A stretch of 64,000 bases of DNA, taken from assembly GCA_030141605.1 (NCBI GenBank), contig JAQGDQ010000610.1:1-64000 (forward strand), given 5' to 3'. The notes beneath the pieces were generated by a model. The model worked only from the letters and a program-made list of their open reading frames with translations, had not been told where the DNA came from and did not search any database. Position numbers and translations under genes: made by a program. Below are positions 35,701-50,700 of the stretch, one piece after another (positions within the stretch are counted from its first letter, which is position 1; every line of letters starts with the position of its first letter). The DNA is from Tubiluchus corallicola (Eukaryota > Animalia > Priapulida).

Positions 35701-38700
35701 GTGGATGCTCGTGCATCAGTGGGTTCGTCTGCCAGTGCCCATGTATGTATTTCTTTTATTTGTAATAATTAAAATGATTTTATTCCACTACGACTGTTTT
35801 TTGTACGTTTTTCAGTTTCTTATACTGCTAAACAACTTCCCTTGATAAATTTAATCAGGTGTTATCTCCTTTGTTTAAACAGATTCCTTTAGTAAATCAA
35901 GCGACAAGCGACGACGGTAAACCAACAGCTGGTTACGTTCTTGATAAAATTGTCGGTGAGTCTGTCTTTTTATGTTGATGCTGCTGTTCTTTGTCTGTTT
36001 GCTAAAACATGAGCAGCATTCTGTGCTTTGTGCTTAGTTACCCAGGATTAGCTCTACTAATCAATTTTTGCTTATACCTTGTTTAAAGCTGCATTAACTC
36101 CTTTAGGATCGCACCATTAAAAATAGACCTATGACTTTTATGCTACTGTATAAGCACAGACATAACTAAATGATTACAAACAAAGTACTGTTCTAGTCAG
36201 GAGAATCTCGGCTATCCAATCATACTATTTGTTTAAACATTTATAAGTAATTTCATTGGATGTTATTGTGAAGAATTTTTCTCAGATTGTAAAAAATTTT
36301 TCAGCCTTGACATTCGTTAGCGGTTCAAAATGTCAGTTACTGTTGGACTATCTCCTCTATAGATTGTCAAGCTTTTCCTCCTGCCATGTGAAACTAAAGG
36401 TAACTCATTAAAGTTATTACACTCGTTAAGTAAACTATAAACTAAACTAATGAATTGTAGTGAAAAAACTATATGCTGCCAAAGCTTGGTCCGGTTCTTG
36501 AAACAAAAATAGATATTGGGCAAATTTAGAAAGTGTAATGGCGCGTTCAGACTAGTGAGTTCTCGCAAGTGTGAACGGCTTTGCAAGTTCTCCTACAAGT
36601 TATCGCGCAAGAACTCAACACAGGTTTCGCTGAGTTTGCAATAACTTGAAAGTAAGCTTGCAAAGTTCACACTTTCAAGTTTACTGTTAGAGAAAACTCT
36701 AGTCTGAATGCGCCTTAAAGTTTTAACAAAATCATGTGATTTTGTAATGTAAGTTTTCTGAAGTTTAAACTAAACTTCTTTCACATTTTTTGAAATATGC
36801 GCAATAACAGTCCTTATTACTTTATGGTGTTCATAGTTAAATCATCTTAGTTTTACTTCTTTTTAAATTCATTTCTCGTCTATGTGGCCATGGAGGATTG
36901 TAATGTTGTTCATTCGTTTCGTAAAACATTCTTTAATTTTACACTCAAAGTTTGAATAGGTTTTGCAAGTTATGAGGCACTGCATTCATAACGGCCACAT
37001 CGACTTCCGTCAGTCTCTTCGAGGAAAGTCCGGGCCAGTTAAAGAAGCAGCAGGTACGGTTACTGCGAGAATTCTATTTTTGAAAAAAAACATCTTTTAA
37101 TTACATCTTTAAAATGTGAAATACTAGAAACGTGTAAAGTGTTTCGACTGTAGAGCCCAGCAGTCGTCTTAACCCTTTCATACCCGTTGTATCCCGTGGG
37201 ATACGAGAATATTTTCTGCCTTTAAAATTAATAAAATTTTAATAGTTATTTGTTAATAGTTATTTTGCTTTAAGCCAATAACAATAGACTAAAATGGTGA
37301 TAAAATGGCAAACTAGAAAAGCTACGTAGCATAAAAAACTGCTCAAGGTACAGTACTTTAGAGACGACTTTGTACAGATCAGCATAGCGTGCATACTAAA
37401 TGTCTTAAATACTTTAAAAAATTATCAACAGTTGCAAAATGAAGCACATTTTATGCTTCCATTGAATCCCAATGTATCCCGTGGGATACAGGCTATATTT
37501 AGCATGCGGGCACAGGTAGAAAAAAAATAATTATTATGTGTAAACAAGATGGACATACTGAACAAAAGTACCAAGCCAAAAAATTTTTTCTTATTAAAAA
37601 ATAATTTGGGAGTGAAAGGGTCAAGTGTGACAGAGTAGAGAAACAACAATCAGTTTTATAGGTAAAGCCACACAGTACATGAAAATAATTGATTATGAAT
37701 TTGCAAAGAACCGAAGATGCAGATGATGTAGTTAAACTGACATGTAGAGAAAAAGACTACAAAAGCAAAAGTATAGCAGATCTATTACTAGATTTAAAAA
37801 AATGCTAAAAAATCAAATTTTAAGTAATTATCAGTGAGTAATAAAAATTTCTATCAGTATCCATCCTCACAGTAGTTGCAAAACAGTGGAGTTAGCTTAA
37901 TCAAGTTATTTTAAATTTACATACTATTAAAAAACAATAGTATTCCTATCTTTCATATCATCCCATATATGAGCTTCATTCATTACGTCATTCCATTTTA
38001 AGCACTAATGTTTTTTTTTAATCACGATTCACTTTAAATTTTCAGATTATCTCCATATATTTTTTTCTATCACTGTGTGGGACAATCTAACAAGCCCTGC
38101 TTCTTGATTGCCCACAACACATTTACCTTCGTGCATAAGTGAACAGTGCTTGAGGCTTTTTCTGTGCAGTATTTCTTATTTGTATTATATCCATTGTAGG
38201 CCCTTTCACTAGATATTGTATATGTAATCATTGTAAATGTGTAAGGTGAAATAAATGACTTATGACTTATGACTAGCTAGGTGTTCGAAAGCAGAGTTGA
38301 ATTACTTGGCAGAATCAAACCAAATTTCGGGATTTCGAATCCGAATCGAATTTGAATCCAGTTTTAAACATTTCCGAATTCAGTGTTCCCTCGCTACTTC
38401 GCGTTTCATTTATCGTGGACTCGCTGTTTCGCGGGTTTTCAAAAATATTAATGTAAAATATTTATCGCAGTATTTTTGCTGTTTCGTGGGTTTTTGCGGT
38501 AAACCGTCTAAAGTATTTTTGCACATGCGTAGTACGTATTGTACAGTAATGTATAGATTTGATGAATTTTGCATAAAAGCGCATGATTTTATGAAAAAGT
38601 TATTAAGGGAATGGGAAAGAGTTATGTTTAAGAGTGTGGGGGTGGATTTATAAAGACTTGAAATAATGTATAACTACTAAAAAAAGTATAGCGTATCCCT

Positions 38701-41700
38701 GCTTCACGGAAATTCACTTATCGTGGGTGGGCCTGGAACGGTACACCCGCGATGAGTGAGGGAACACTGTAGTCCATTTCAGGTTTTTTTTGGTTACAGG
38801 CAGTTAAAAACATTTATAGTTAAAATACCACAACCTTATTAGAACTTTCAATTTATATAGTTAAAAAATCAAACGCTTTGACAGAGTTACTGCTGTCGTC
38901 ATCAGTGGTAAATTTTTACAAATATACAACCAGTTTACATAGGTAGAGCCTGCAGTATAGAACATTATGCACAAATTATGTATTTACAAAAGCCAAATAG
39001 GCGATGATTAAGCAGACCGGTAGAAAAGAAATTGATACAGTAAATTAGGCACTAATTATGTAATTACAAAAGCCAAATACCTAATGATTGAGCATGAAGT
39101 TTCACACATTTATACATGCAAATTTATACATTGTGTCATTGGCGTGCAAGAAACTGACTGTCAACGTTTGGATAAATAACGTATTCTGGTTGTATATGTA
39201 TATAATAATAATGTATATTTCTTTGGCTATTTGAATTAAGATGTTGGCTGTTTTGAGCAAATATTCAGATAATTTAACTATTTAAGGAAAATCCGTTACT
39301 ACCCCATGAAAGATGCTTCATTTACAAACACTTATACAACAGTCGATAAATTTGCTCAAAATGTGTAAAAACCCAGAAAAAATCGCAGCATGAAAATGTG
39401 ATCATTACTAATAAACTTTATTGTAACAAAACTAGCAAATTTTGTGTGAAAAAACTGAAATGTCTCAGTTGTCTGCAAGTTACTCAGGTGCAACAATGAA
39501 GTTGTAATTGCAGTATTAACACGTTTCTAAACTGATGTCGTATTTTAGGTCACAATGGACCCCCGGATCCCCTTCATGGTAACGAATTGTACATCAGAGT
39601 CAGAAGGGCAGCTGAGGTAAAAACACTTTATATATTATTGTCTTTAGTTACATTTGGCATGAGTGCTCTTAGCATGTGCTTAGCCTCCGAAGTTAAACCA
39701 TACTAACTTGGTCACTAAGTGATTGGGTGACCAGGAAAACTCGTAAGTGTTTTGTATGTCATACTGCTATATATGCATACGAACACAGCTAAGACACGCT
39801 GCTGGTTTAGTGCCTCGCCTTTAGAACAATATGCTTGAGAGTGAGAAAGGTTCTCTCATTGCATTGCTATAATGGGTTAGTAAAATTCACAATTTCTGTT
39901 TCCATACAGTCAACTTTGGATATGAGGGACACCTCCGGACCAGAAAAAATCGTACCTTATATCCGATGTCCCTTATATCCGAAGTTGAGTCAGACCGAGG
40001 GTGTACCTAGACCTGCGAGCTCATCTGGTAGCTTAATGCCCAATGAACTGTTTGTCGCAATGTATGTAAAATACTGATTTAATGCAAACACAACCGATCG
40101 TCTTGAGTGAACACAAAAATCGATGTTTATTCAAACTCATCCTACTTACAAGCCATTTTACTACTGGTAGTTATGCTAACAATGTTTATGCAAATGTTTA
40201 AGCAAAGTATTTAGGATAATTTTACATCTTGCGCTCTGACCAATTTCTTTCATCCATCATGACCATCCATGAGCAAATTAAACAATTACTTGTGGTGTAT
40301 TAGAAACCCTATTAACCTAATTTGTATGTGGTCTTTATTAATTACATATATTTGCATAGCGCTTATATTTAAACAGGCTGTGCAACTGCTTGCTGTGTAA
40401 TACCTTGCACCTGTTCATTATGCGGCACTTATACAGAAACTGTGCTTAGTAACTGTCTGTGGTGTGCTATAAAATGCGCCATTTACATAAATATGAAAGT
40501 ATACACGTTTTCCGAGGAGAATAAGAATTTTTCTATCTCTCTCTCGTCTTTGGTGCCCTGGGCTATACCCTAGTTAGCCTAGTGGTTAACACGCCCCTGT
40601 TCCTTCTGATTTTGCAAGTATAAATATCTTACAGGAACTAAGAACAACTTAATTTTGAAAAATACCTTAGAACATAGGCATAAAAATTTAATATTTTGTA
40701 GTATTTAGCATTTGCAGTACATGCTAAGCTGAAAAGTGATGACTCGTGTTTCCACTGGTAGTACTACACCAATCGGCTAATAGATTCAGTCGATTAGTTG
40801 GGTCATTTCCATTGCAAAGCTGGTCTATTAAGCGGCACTGGATGTATTTCTGGATCAATATAGAATTTATGATGCTCTCAGCATTCAGTAACTTACACAA
40901 TATGGAAGTTTCTCGCTTTCTCTATACGGTCTTGTAATGGAATTTCAGGAGCTGTTGACGCTGCTGTATGATTCTCAAGCGATTGATGAAGAGTCTGAGA
41001 TTGTGCAAGCTGCACAGAAACCAGGTTAGTTTGGTGTCGCATTTGCGTTCCTCGTATTCTCAGTAGCAGGTATAATTTTGGCATTTGTAATTGGCAGCAA
41101 GCCGCAATATCAGTTAATCGATAGAAAAATGACAATAGGTGTGTTGAATTGACCGAGCGATCACTCAGATGTGCTTCTCGCTTAAAGTTAAGCAAGGCCG
41201 AGTCTGATCGGCAAATAATTTGTGATTGCCTGGTTTTAATACACTGGGTAGTTTTATTTCCCATGCTGATTGTGGCTGTTTACTTCGTAGTGGTGTACAC
41301 CATCCGGATGTGATTAAGGCACCACTATTGGTGCAGTGGCTTGTCTTAGAAAAACTTACTTGTGAAAGATGTGATTAAGTTTCACTATTATCAGGAGATA
41401 TGGAGGATGAATCATTCAGATTTATCACCGAATGCTAAATTCAACGACATGACCAAAGTGAATTAAAAATACGTCTAATATATATCTGAAGTTGTATGCA
41501 TAAGCGGGGTAACCGTCACGCTAATTTAGCCATAGCCTTGGACTCTAAATTTTGATAGGCCCTCGGTTACCAGGGCCGATGTTGTGAGACCGATTACCAA
41601 GTAAAGATAAATAATACTACTTTTATCAAGATAGCAAAATTATTAAATCTGAACTTGCTAAAGACAAGTATATAAAATTCAGCAGTTCAACACATTGAGT

Positions 41701-44700
41701 CATTGAAGGTATATAGTGTTGTCAGAAAAAAATCCTTCAAATTAATTTCTAATCATTTCTACCTGGTCAGGCATTTGCAAAAGAGATTCACTGACGTTTT
41801 ATGTACTTGGTGTTCTGGAGGTGTTGGGATCGTGGAGGGAAATTTAGCACTCTTTAGAAAGAAGAGAACCCCAGGCAGTGTAGCAATGTGGGTCTCTTAC
41901 TAATACCTCTACCAAGATGAAAAGCTATGAGTTAGTTTGGAGCGCATACATGTTGAGGGTTTCAGGCACTCCATTTGTTGATGGCCTTAGCTCTGCGAAA
42001 CTCTGAATCCACCCTTGATTGTAAACGAAGATGTTGATATATTTTTTTGCCATTTTTCAAGTTGCTACAATGCATGGTATGGGCTCATCCAGCCACGCTG
42101 GAAAATACGAAGGCTTCGGAAACGTTTCTACTTCAAAAAGTAAGTTGTGCACGCGTCTTACTACATTTTGTGGCTAAAGTTTACAATTCCTGCAGACAAG
42201 AAATTAGTTTATGAAGCTAATGAGGGTTAGGGTTAGGGTAAGGGTATCTAAATTCTGTGGGGAACTGTAAACGCCTTGCAAATTTTTCTATCCTAATGGC
42301 AAAAAATTGTACCTTGAATTTCCATTTGCTATTTTAAAAATGCACAGATAACAGTAGAAAGACCTTGTTGTCTTTAACAATGACATTTTCTCTGTAACAA
42401 GTATAGCTTTAAGAAGAGACCTATGTTTTGTAAAGCCTGAGTGCTTTAAATATTGTTGCTCCCATATAAAGGCCCCAATTTTGAAAAATATGTTTGGGGA
42501 AGCCGTTATTTCCCTTGTTTCCCTGTTAGCAACACCACTGCGCATGTGGCTTGTTGTTACTGAGATAAATTCTTACCGTCTGAATGTGAAACATATATGC
42601 GATTTTCAAGCCATAAACGGCAGTTTGCTTAGCTAAATTTTCATTGTGTGAATGCAGCTTAACATGTGTTTGTGCTCGTTGTCATTCGGAATGGACAACT
42701 GCGAATTTTTTATAAAGTAAGCTTGTGAAATTTTGTAACAGACGGAAAATTCCCAAACTAATAATTTTTGAGATCAGGTACTTCAGTATTTGCTTGTTTT
42801 GCAAACATTAATTGTTAGTTTGTTGTGCAGCTCGTGTGATAAGGTAGCGACTACATCCTTGGATGTCAATAATATATATGAAATTGTTTAAAGCATAAGA
42901 AAACCCTATTCGTAAATAAAGTTTAAAAAATTCATCTTGAAATTTTATATCGCTTACAGAGCTTGCATTAGCAGTCGCGCTGTATAAAAGTTGTAAATTT
43001 AAACTCTCGCAATGACCGTTAGGTGAAACCATTTTAATGGAAACTCATTTAAAACAAATTTAGATAACATTGCGTAAAGTTTGAAAAAGTAATCAGAGCA
43101 TTCTTAGTGAACACTTTGCTAGCTAAGTAAAAGCTTAAATTACCTTATATTGTCAGTAAGATCATTATTATGTTTTTGGTGAATCAGTTGTGCGCACGGG
43201 GATGGCGGTTCTGTGCAGTTTTACCAGGTGCAATGCTCATATTTTGAATTGTTATGAATTTTCTTTTCCAGTTACAAACGTCTTTCAATAAGGTCAGCGG
43301 TCAGCGTACTGATAATATATATAGCTAATTATATAGTTAGGTAATATAATTTTGTATGGAAAGTTCTTTGCGATATGCTTTGAAACCCCCATTTACTGAC
43401 CTTTAAAGATTTACAGTTATTTTCATCAACTTCGAAATTTTTTTAGTTGAATGTAGTTGTGATTCATTTAGACTTCACTGTAAGATCACCAAAACATGTG
43501 AATATTTTTCTCACTACAGCGACACTCGAAGAAAGACTGTTATCCAGTATATCCGATCTTAAGGACAAGTTAACAGGAACCGCTGCGGAACAGAGATTAT
43601 GGGAAACAAGGGACAAGTTGGACAGCAGTAGGGATGACTACATCCCGGCAAAGCTTCTGGACGATGACGTAGACTTTTCGGAAGACGTACAAGAAACAAA
43701 AGGGAATTTGGTTTCCCCGGAAACGCAGTTTGTTCGTAAACGTGGGTTTGACATTTGTTTAGCGTTGCTGTAAACTGTTTTATTCCATGTTATCTTAAAT
43801 ATCCCTATGCTAACTGTACGATATAACTAATTGCCGAATCTGTGCTGGACTAAAGGCAGTGCAAGTACACCCTTGCAAAGCTTCTTTAACTCGCCTCTAG
43901 ATGGCAGACTAAAAACCATTCCATCACCATAGTAACACCGATTTTACCAATGCCAAGTCTGCACTGCGTTGCTAGAAACTACAGCAGGACAATAGGTACA
44001 GCGTGCTACGAAAATCATGGCAACCTTTGTTCCAGCTGAGCTGTGACTTGCTCTGCATCAAATCTTTCACTGTTTTTTTTTACAATTATCATCAGCACAA
44101 AAAAGTCCATATTGAACTTTTGCTTATGCAGCATGAATATTTCCTTAACGTTTTGAAGACGTTGGCTGTTTTCATTCAAATGTTCAGATATCTTAACTAT
44201 TTGAGAAAAATCTAATGACGCTCCACAAAATGACTTCATTCACTGTACAAAACAACATAAAACAGTGGATAAATTTATTCAAAACCCAAAAAATATTTTG
44301 GCATAAAAATGTAACGATTACAAAGCTTCAGAACCCATCTTAATAGACTCGCTGCTGGTTTTACCTGCAAATATCCTTTGCAACGAAATTAGCCCTGCAG
44401 ACATATACAGATGGTATATACTGCAGGTATATAAAGATGGGAACTCAAGTTTACCCAAGAGGGCAATTTGTTGAAAATGAAAACAAAAGTCCTAATGAAG
44501 TAACCAGTCATATGTGTCACCTAAGTCTGTTTTATATAGTTTTTTAAAGTTGGACAGTGAGTTGGCATTTTTTAAAGCAGGAGCATTTGAATTCCGTACA
44601 TACGGGCCTTCATATTTAATTGAAAATTTTCTTAGATTTGTGTTGCAATGTATGTAGTGATACTTAACCCTTTCAGTCCCAAATTATTTTTTTAATAAGA

Positions 44701-47700
44701 AAAAAATTTTTGGCTTGGTACTTTTGTTCAGTATGTCCATCTTGTTTACACATAATAATTTTTTTCTACCTGTGCCCGCGTGCTAAATATAGCCTGTATC
44801 CCACGGGATATATTGGGATTCAATGGAAGCATAAAATGTGCTTCATTTTGCAACTGTTGATAATTTTTTAAAGTATTTAAGACATTTAGAATGCATGCTA
44901 TGCTGATCTGTACAAAGTCGTCTCTAAAGTACTGTATTTTGCGCAGTTTTTTATGCTATGTAGATTTTCTAGTTTGCCATTTTATCACCATTTTAAGTCT
45001 ATTGTTATTGGCTTAAATCAAAATAACTATTAACAGATCAAATAACTGTCAGTTTTAAAATTTGATTAATTTTGAAAGCAGAAAATATTCTCGTATCCCA
45101 CGGGATACAACGGGTATGAAAGGATTAAGCCTATATCGTGTATTATTATTATTATTATAATTATCATCATCATTTATTCGACATACATACTTGCAATAGA
45201 CAGATTAACAAAAACAAAACCACATCAAACAGCAAAACACGTTACACAGTAAATATAAGAACGTAAAGTAAGCCTATTATTACTACCTGTGAGAACTTAA
45301 TGCACACACATATGATTTACTATACTATAATCTTTCCTTTCTAACGCATAATTTGGATAAAAACTGAAATTTCTCAATGGCCAGGAAGTTAATCAGGCAC
45401 AACATTAAAACTTCTAATTGCACCTTTTGCAGTCGCGTGTATATGTTAAATTTTCCTTTCAGCTCGGAAGCCAGGTAGAGCGGGTGGGGGTTGGGACGAC
45501 AGTGATGATGACAACAGCGAGGTGGAAAATGGCTCCGGTTTTCTGAAATCTGGTTCAGTCTTACTGAAAACAGATTCTGATGCAAATGAGAAAGTTTGTG
45601 ACAGTGTGAAGCTAAGGTAATACTTCTTATTTCTGTTTTTTTTTAGTTCGAATGATCCATTGAGTCCTATAGGCTTTTCTTTTTCAATTTTCTTGTTTGT
45701 AAAATAAGGCATCGAATCTTGTTATAATAATAACGATTTTAATAATTTCAGCATTGTGACCAGAGCTACAAATAACTGCGACTTATTAATAAAAGAAAGT
45801 TTATCTGTGTACCCTGTTTAGCCTTCTCTTAATGTACAAAGCAGTTCAATTCCTTTAACTTTATTTTCAAACACTTAGCTATTTGTTATTGTATCAATTT
45901 CTTTTCTTTCTTTCAGGTCTGCTTAATCATTACCTATTTTCCTTTTGTAAATACGTAATTAATGCATAAGTTACTGCATCAATTTCTTTACTGGTCTGCT
46001 TATTTATTACCTATTTTGGCTTCTGTTAAAGACTTAATTAGTGCATATTAGGCTCTGCCTGTATAAACTGGTTGTATTCATAATAAATTTATTTTGTTTG
46101 ATTTTTGTAGGTGCCATATCAGGTCATGAATGTCATTGCGACTTTGTTTCTTATTCTCTCGTTTTTATTGTTTCTTGTTTGTCGACTGAATCTGCAAGTG
46201 TGCCACTACACCGTGCTATCAATCCACGCTGATTTGCCGAACATGTGTTCTTACTCGATTTCACTACACTCTAGTATAGGTTTTACATGTCAAATGTAGT
46301 CCTACGTTAACTCAAATGTAGATTTAGGTAATTCAAATGTCTCTTGGTAACTCAAATGTAGACTTAGGTAGTTCAAATGTGTTAACAATGGTTTTCACCA
46401 AATCTTGAGCGCTTTTGGTAAGTCAAATGTAGACACATGTCAAGTCAAATGTGGATAGGTGGTAAAGTTTAAGGATGTTAAATTTAATCTTCTTTAATTT
46501 CAATTTAATAATTGGCTCTTAAGTTAAAATAACAACGTTATAGATTCACTAATATTCTGCAAACTTTACATATCATTGGAACTGTTAGAGAAAACAATAC
46601 ATTCTTAAAATAAACAATGTTTCTTGAAAGAAACTAATTCATTAATGCAGTGTTAATGCATTACTTAAAAAACTAATTAGTGGTTCACTGTTCATGGGGA
46701 AGTGGGAACCGATTTATTCTTTTTTGCCGACATTTTTTGTAAAACGTTGACAAACAAAATGCGGAATTGGTGTATATATTAATAATTGTATAATTGTTAA
46801 TTTATTTATGTACAACACTTTTAAGTGTTCTTATCAAATAAACATTTTCTTTACATTTGAAAAATATATTAACGTCCATTATTATTAACGCAAATTAATG
46901 AAATATAATAAAAATTGATGCTGTCGATAGCACCATGACCGTAAAATATAATTTTAATTTGGTTTTATCTTTTTGTAATTTGCACTTAAATGAGTTAATT
47001 ACTGATTTATTCAAAGTACCGCATCTACATTGGACTTACCTAAGTCACATTTGAGTTACCAAAACACATTTGAAATTCCTATGTTTACATTTGACTTAAC
47101 CTAAGTCACATTTGAACTTTCCTGTGTCTACATTTGACGCATAAAACCTATAGTTCGCTGTGATTCAGCACACTCCCTTACGCAGGTTTATAACTCTTTC
47201 TTTCTGTTTACGTTACTAGACCCGAAACATCGGCTCCTCATTTCGATTGGTCACACGAAGAAAAAACGGTCAAAGATTTTGTCCAAAGAGAACTTGTGAC
47301 CGTCTTGCCTACTATAGACGATATAAAGGATTTTGTGAAACAGTATGTATTACATTTTCTAGATTTGTGTAGATGTTAAAGAAATTAGATAATGGTACAT
47401 GTTGATGGTGCAAAAATAGATGTAGATAAAAAAGTAGAGGTTCCAAACACTATTAAAGGAAAACCGGACGATTGTGTAAACACGACTTCAGAATAAAGAA
47501 TGCTCTAAAATATTGAAAACTACAATAGCTTATTTTAAATCAAAGCTTCTTAAAAAATAAAGAATCGACATTTGACCAAATTCTTGGTGCTTTCTGCTTT
47601 GAAGCGTCATAACGTAGTTTTAACTATGCTGGCTTATGGACGGTTTTGATTGGCAAGCACACAATTAGTACGCTTTTCACATTGCCTCTGAAAACTGAAA

Positions 47701-50700
47701 GCCATTTCTGAAATTATTTCGTGTCATATTTCAGGTGTACGTACTTAAACAGTATTCGGATTGTAGAATTGCTCAATGGAGTACTCACTGATAATAACTC
47801 TACAGAGCAAAGTTTGATGGTAGGGGAAATTTTACTTTAACATTTTTAGTTTAACGTGCTATAGAGTGAAATCTTGGCTATATGGTATAATGAAGCCCAT
47901 GATGTAACTTATTAAGCATTCTGTGCTATTGAACTATGAATTTTAATTCACACACCAAAAAATACCATCTGTGGTATTGAACTATGAATTTTATTTCACA
48001 CATCAAAAAATACAATATCAAACACATTAATAAACTTTAAATAAAATAATTTGAGTAGTGCGAGGTGAGTGTACGACCATACGGTCATTAACACACTCAC
48101 CTTACTTAAATGAAAAACTGATTATAGTTATGCATTCTTCTGTAGATAACTTAATGTGATGGTGATAATGTTGATGATGATGATGATAATGATACAATGC
48201 TGCATACTGTATCTACTCTTCTCATTTTGGAATCAAGTCTACATTAGCACGTTTAATTTTGTTTCATGTTACTAATTTTTGGTGATAATGTTGATGATGA
48301 TGATTATGATGATGATAATGATACAATACTGCATACTGTATCTACTCTTCTCATTTGGAATCAAGTCTACATTAGCACGTTCAATGTTGTTTCATGTTAC
48401 TAATTTTTGGTGATAATGTTGATGATGATGATGATAATGATACAATGTTGCATACTGTATCTACTCTTCTCATTTGGAATCAAGTCTACATTAGCACGTT
48501 CAATGTTGTTTCATGTTGCTAATTTTTGGTGATAATGTTGATGATGATGATGATGATGATGATGATAATGATACAATGCTGCATACTGTATCTACTCTTC
48601 TCATTTGGAATCAAGTCTACATTAGCATGTTCAATGTTGTTTCATGTTGCTAATTTTTGGTGATAATGTTGATGATGATGATGATGATGATACAATGCTG
48701 CATACTGTATCTACTCTTCTCATTTGGAATCAAGTCTACATTAGCACATTTAATGTTGTTTCATGTTACTAATTTTTGGTGATAATGTTGATGATGATGA
48801 TGATGATGATGATAATGATACAATGTTGCATACTGTATCTACTCTTCTCATTTGGAATCAAGTCTACATTAGCACGTTCAATGTTGTTTCATGTTACTAA
48901 TTTTTGTTGTTTTAGCGGGCATTACTGGCCGTCGAAGGATTGTTCCGGGCGGAGACGGCTAGCGTTGGCCTTCTGTCAAGTATGCTAGGGAATAGTTTGC
49001 AAAGCCTAAGCGACACATCGTCAATAGAACCTGTCAAATGGAAAGCTCTGAAGGTATCGCGATGTTGTGATTTTATTAATTAGATTTTTCTTTTGAAATC
49101 CAGGTATAATTCAAAGCATTTCACATTTTCCTCTTTCAATCGAATTAAAAAAAAATCAATGACTAGTCTGGAATGTGAAGCATTGAATTCTGGTTACTTG
49201 CTTATAAAGTTTTTTCTGCTTTACTGAGTAGATATCTTATTTAGAATGCCATTCATCATTGCTATGGAATCCATTTGATCCTAAATATTTAGAATACGGA
49301 GTAACTCCATTGTGACGTCAGAATATTCAAAACTGGCTATCGAACAACTGGAATGGAATCAGCATCGTGACAAAATAGATGGCTTTATGGAGTTACTATG
49401 CAAGCGAGTTACTCAAAAGTTGTACTCACTGTATCAATAGGCAAATCGACTTAGGGGCAGCTTCATTGCTTAGTGGTTATGCGCATTCATGCTTCACGCA
49501 TGTAGTTAATAACTGCCTGGGTTCAATACTTGGTCTGGGATATTTCATTCATTTTACCGATTGTGGCTGTTTACCTTACAGGGTAAGGACGTATTCACAT
49601 ACGAACATGCCTGAAACACATCTGCTGGTTCAGTGGCTCATTTTAGAGTCTTATGCTTGATAGCGTGTCGCGTTCAGATCGTACCACATCTTGTTGCCAG
49701 AAAAAATGCTGTAATCTTGCTTGCTGTGTGCCAACGGCAGGGCCTGATTATGACCTTCTGGGGTCCCTGGACTGATGAAATTATTGAGCCAGGTCTCAGA
49801 CGGGGCAACCCTCTAACTCACTTGCATTCATCTTCGACATTTCTTACTTGTGACATACCTTAGTGACATTAATATAGGTTTAAGTAAACTTATTGTAATA
49901 AACTAGAAAAACTAGCTTTCTTTCATCAATAAAAATATTCCTTAAGAAATACCACTATTTTACTATTTATTAGAAACCAAATTAGCACTTATTTTTTTTT
50001 ATTATTTTTTTAGCAGTAAACAAATTTTTATTTATTTATTTATTTATAGTACATCTATGAACTGAAGTCAAGAAACTTATATGTCCGTTAAAAACATCGT
50101 AAAATATATCGACAATGTACAGAATGTAAAATTACTGCTAAAAGTAGAAAATACATAGTATATGGTTAGTACAATATAAACACACAAGTAGGTGCAAATA
50201 AATTAAAAGTGCCGGTAAAAAGATTAAAACTTGATTAGCACGATAAAGTTGTATAATTATGGTAAAAAATTTACATCTTACATCACTTATCAAATCACAT
50301 TTTCTATTAATTTTTTTTAAAAGTTTCTTAAATTTATTTATATTACTGCCTTGTTTTATTTTACTGGGTAAATTATTACAGCACAACATTACACCACATT
50401 ACAGCACAACAAACAATACATTTCAATACAAACATAGTGAAAAAACAGATTTTTTGCCAAATAGCTCGTAGGATAACCCGGGCTTGACCAATGGCTGTAA
50501 AACAATCAGTTTTGCCGTAAAATCTTCTGGCCACTTTTGAGCTTGAAATTGATATTCACTTTTTGTTTCATATTCATTCATGTTCAACGTTTTGCGTTTC
50601 TTTCAGATTTCAAAGACTTTGGAGAGGCTGTCAGACTTGAATAGGGACAAGCGGAGCAACGTCTACAAAAGCAACGCCAAGTCTTCCACACAGATGCTGT

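Noticed and set aside
43447-43773. 108-aa standalone ORF
   Set aside because: It is tepsin exon 43520-43741 extended into flanking intron.
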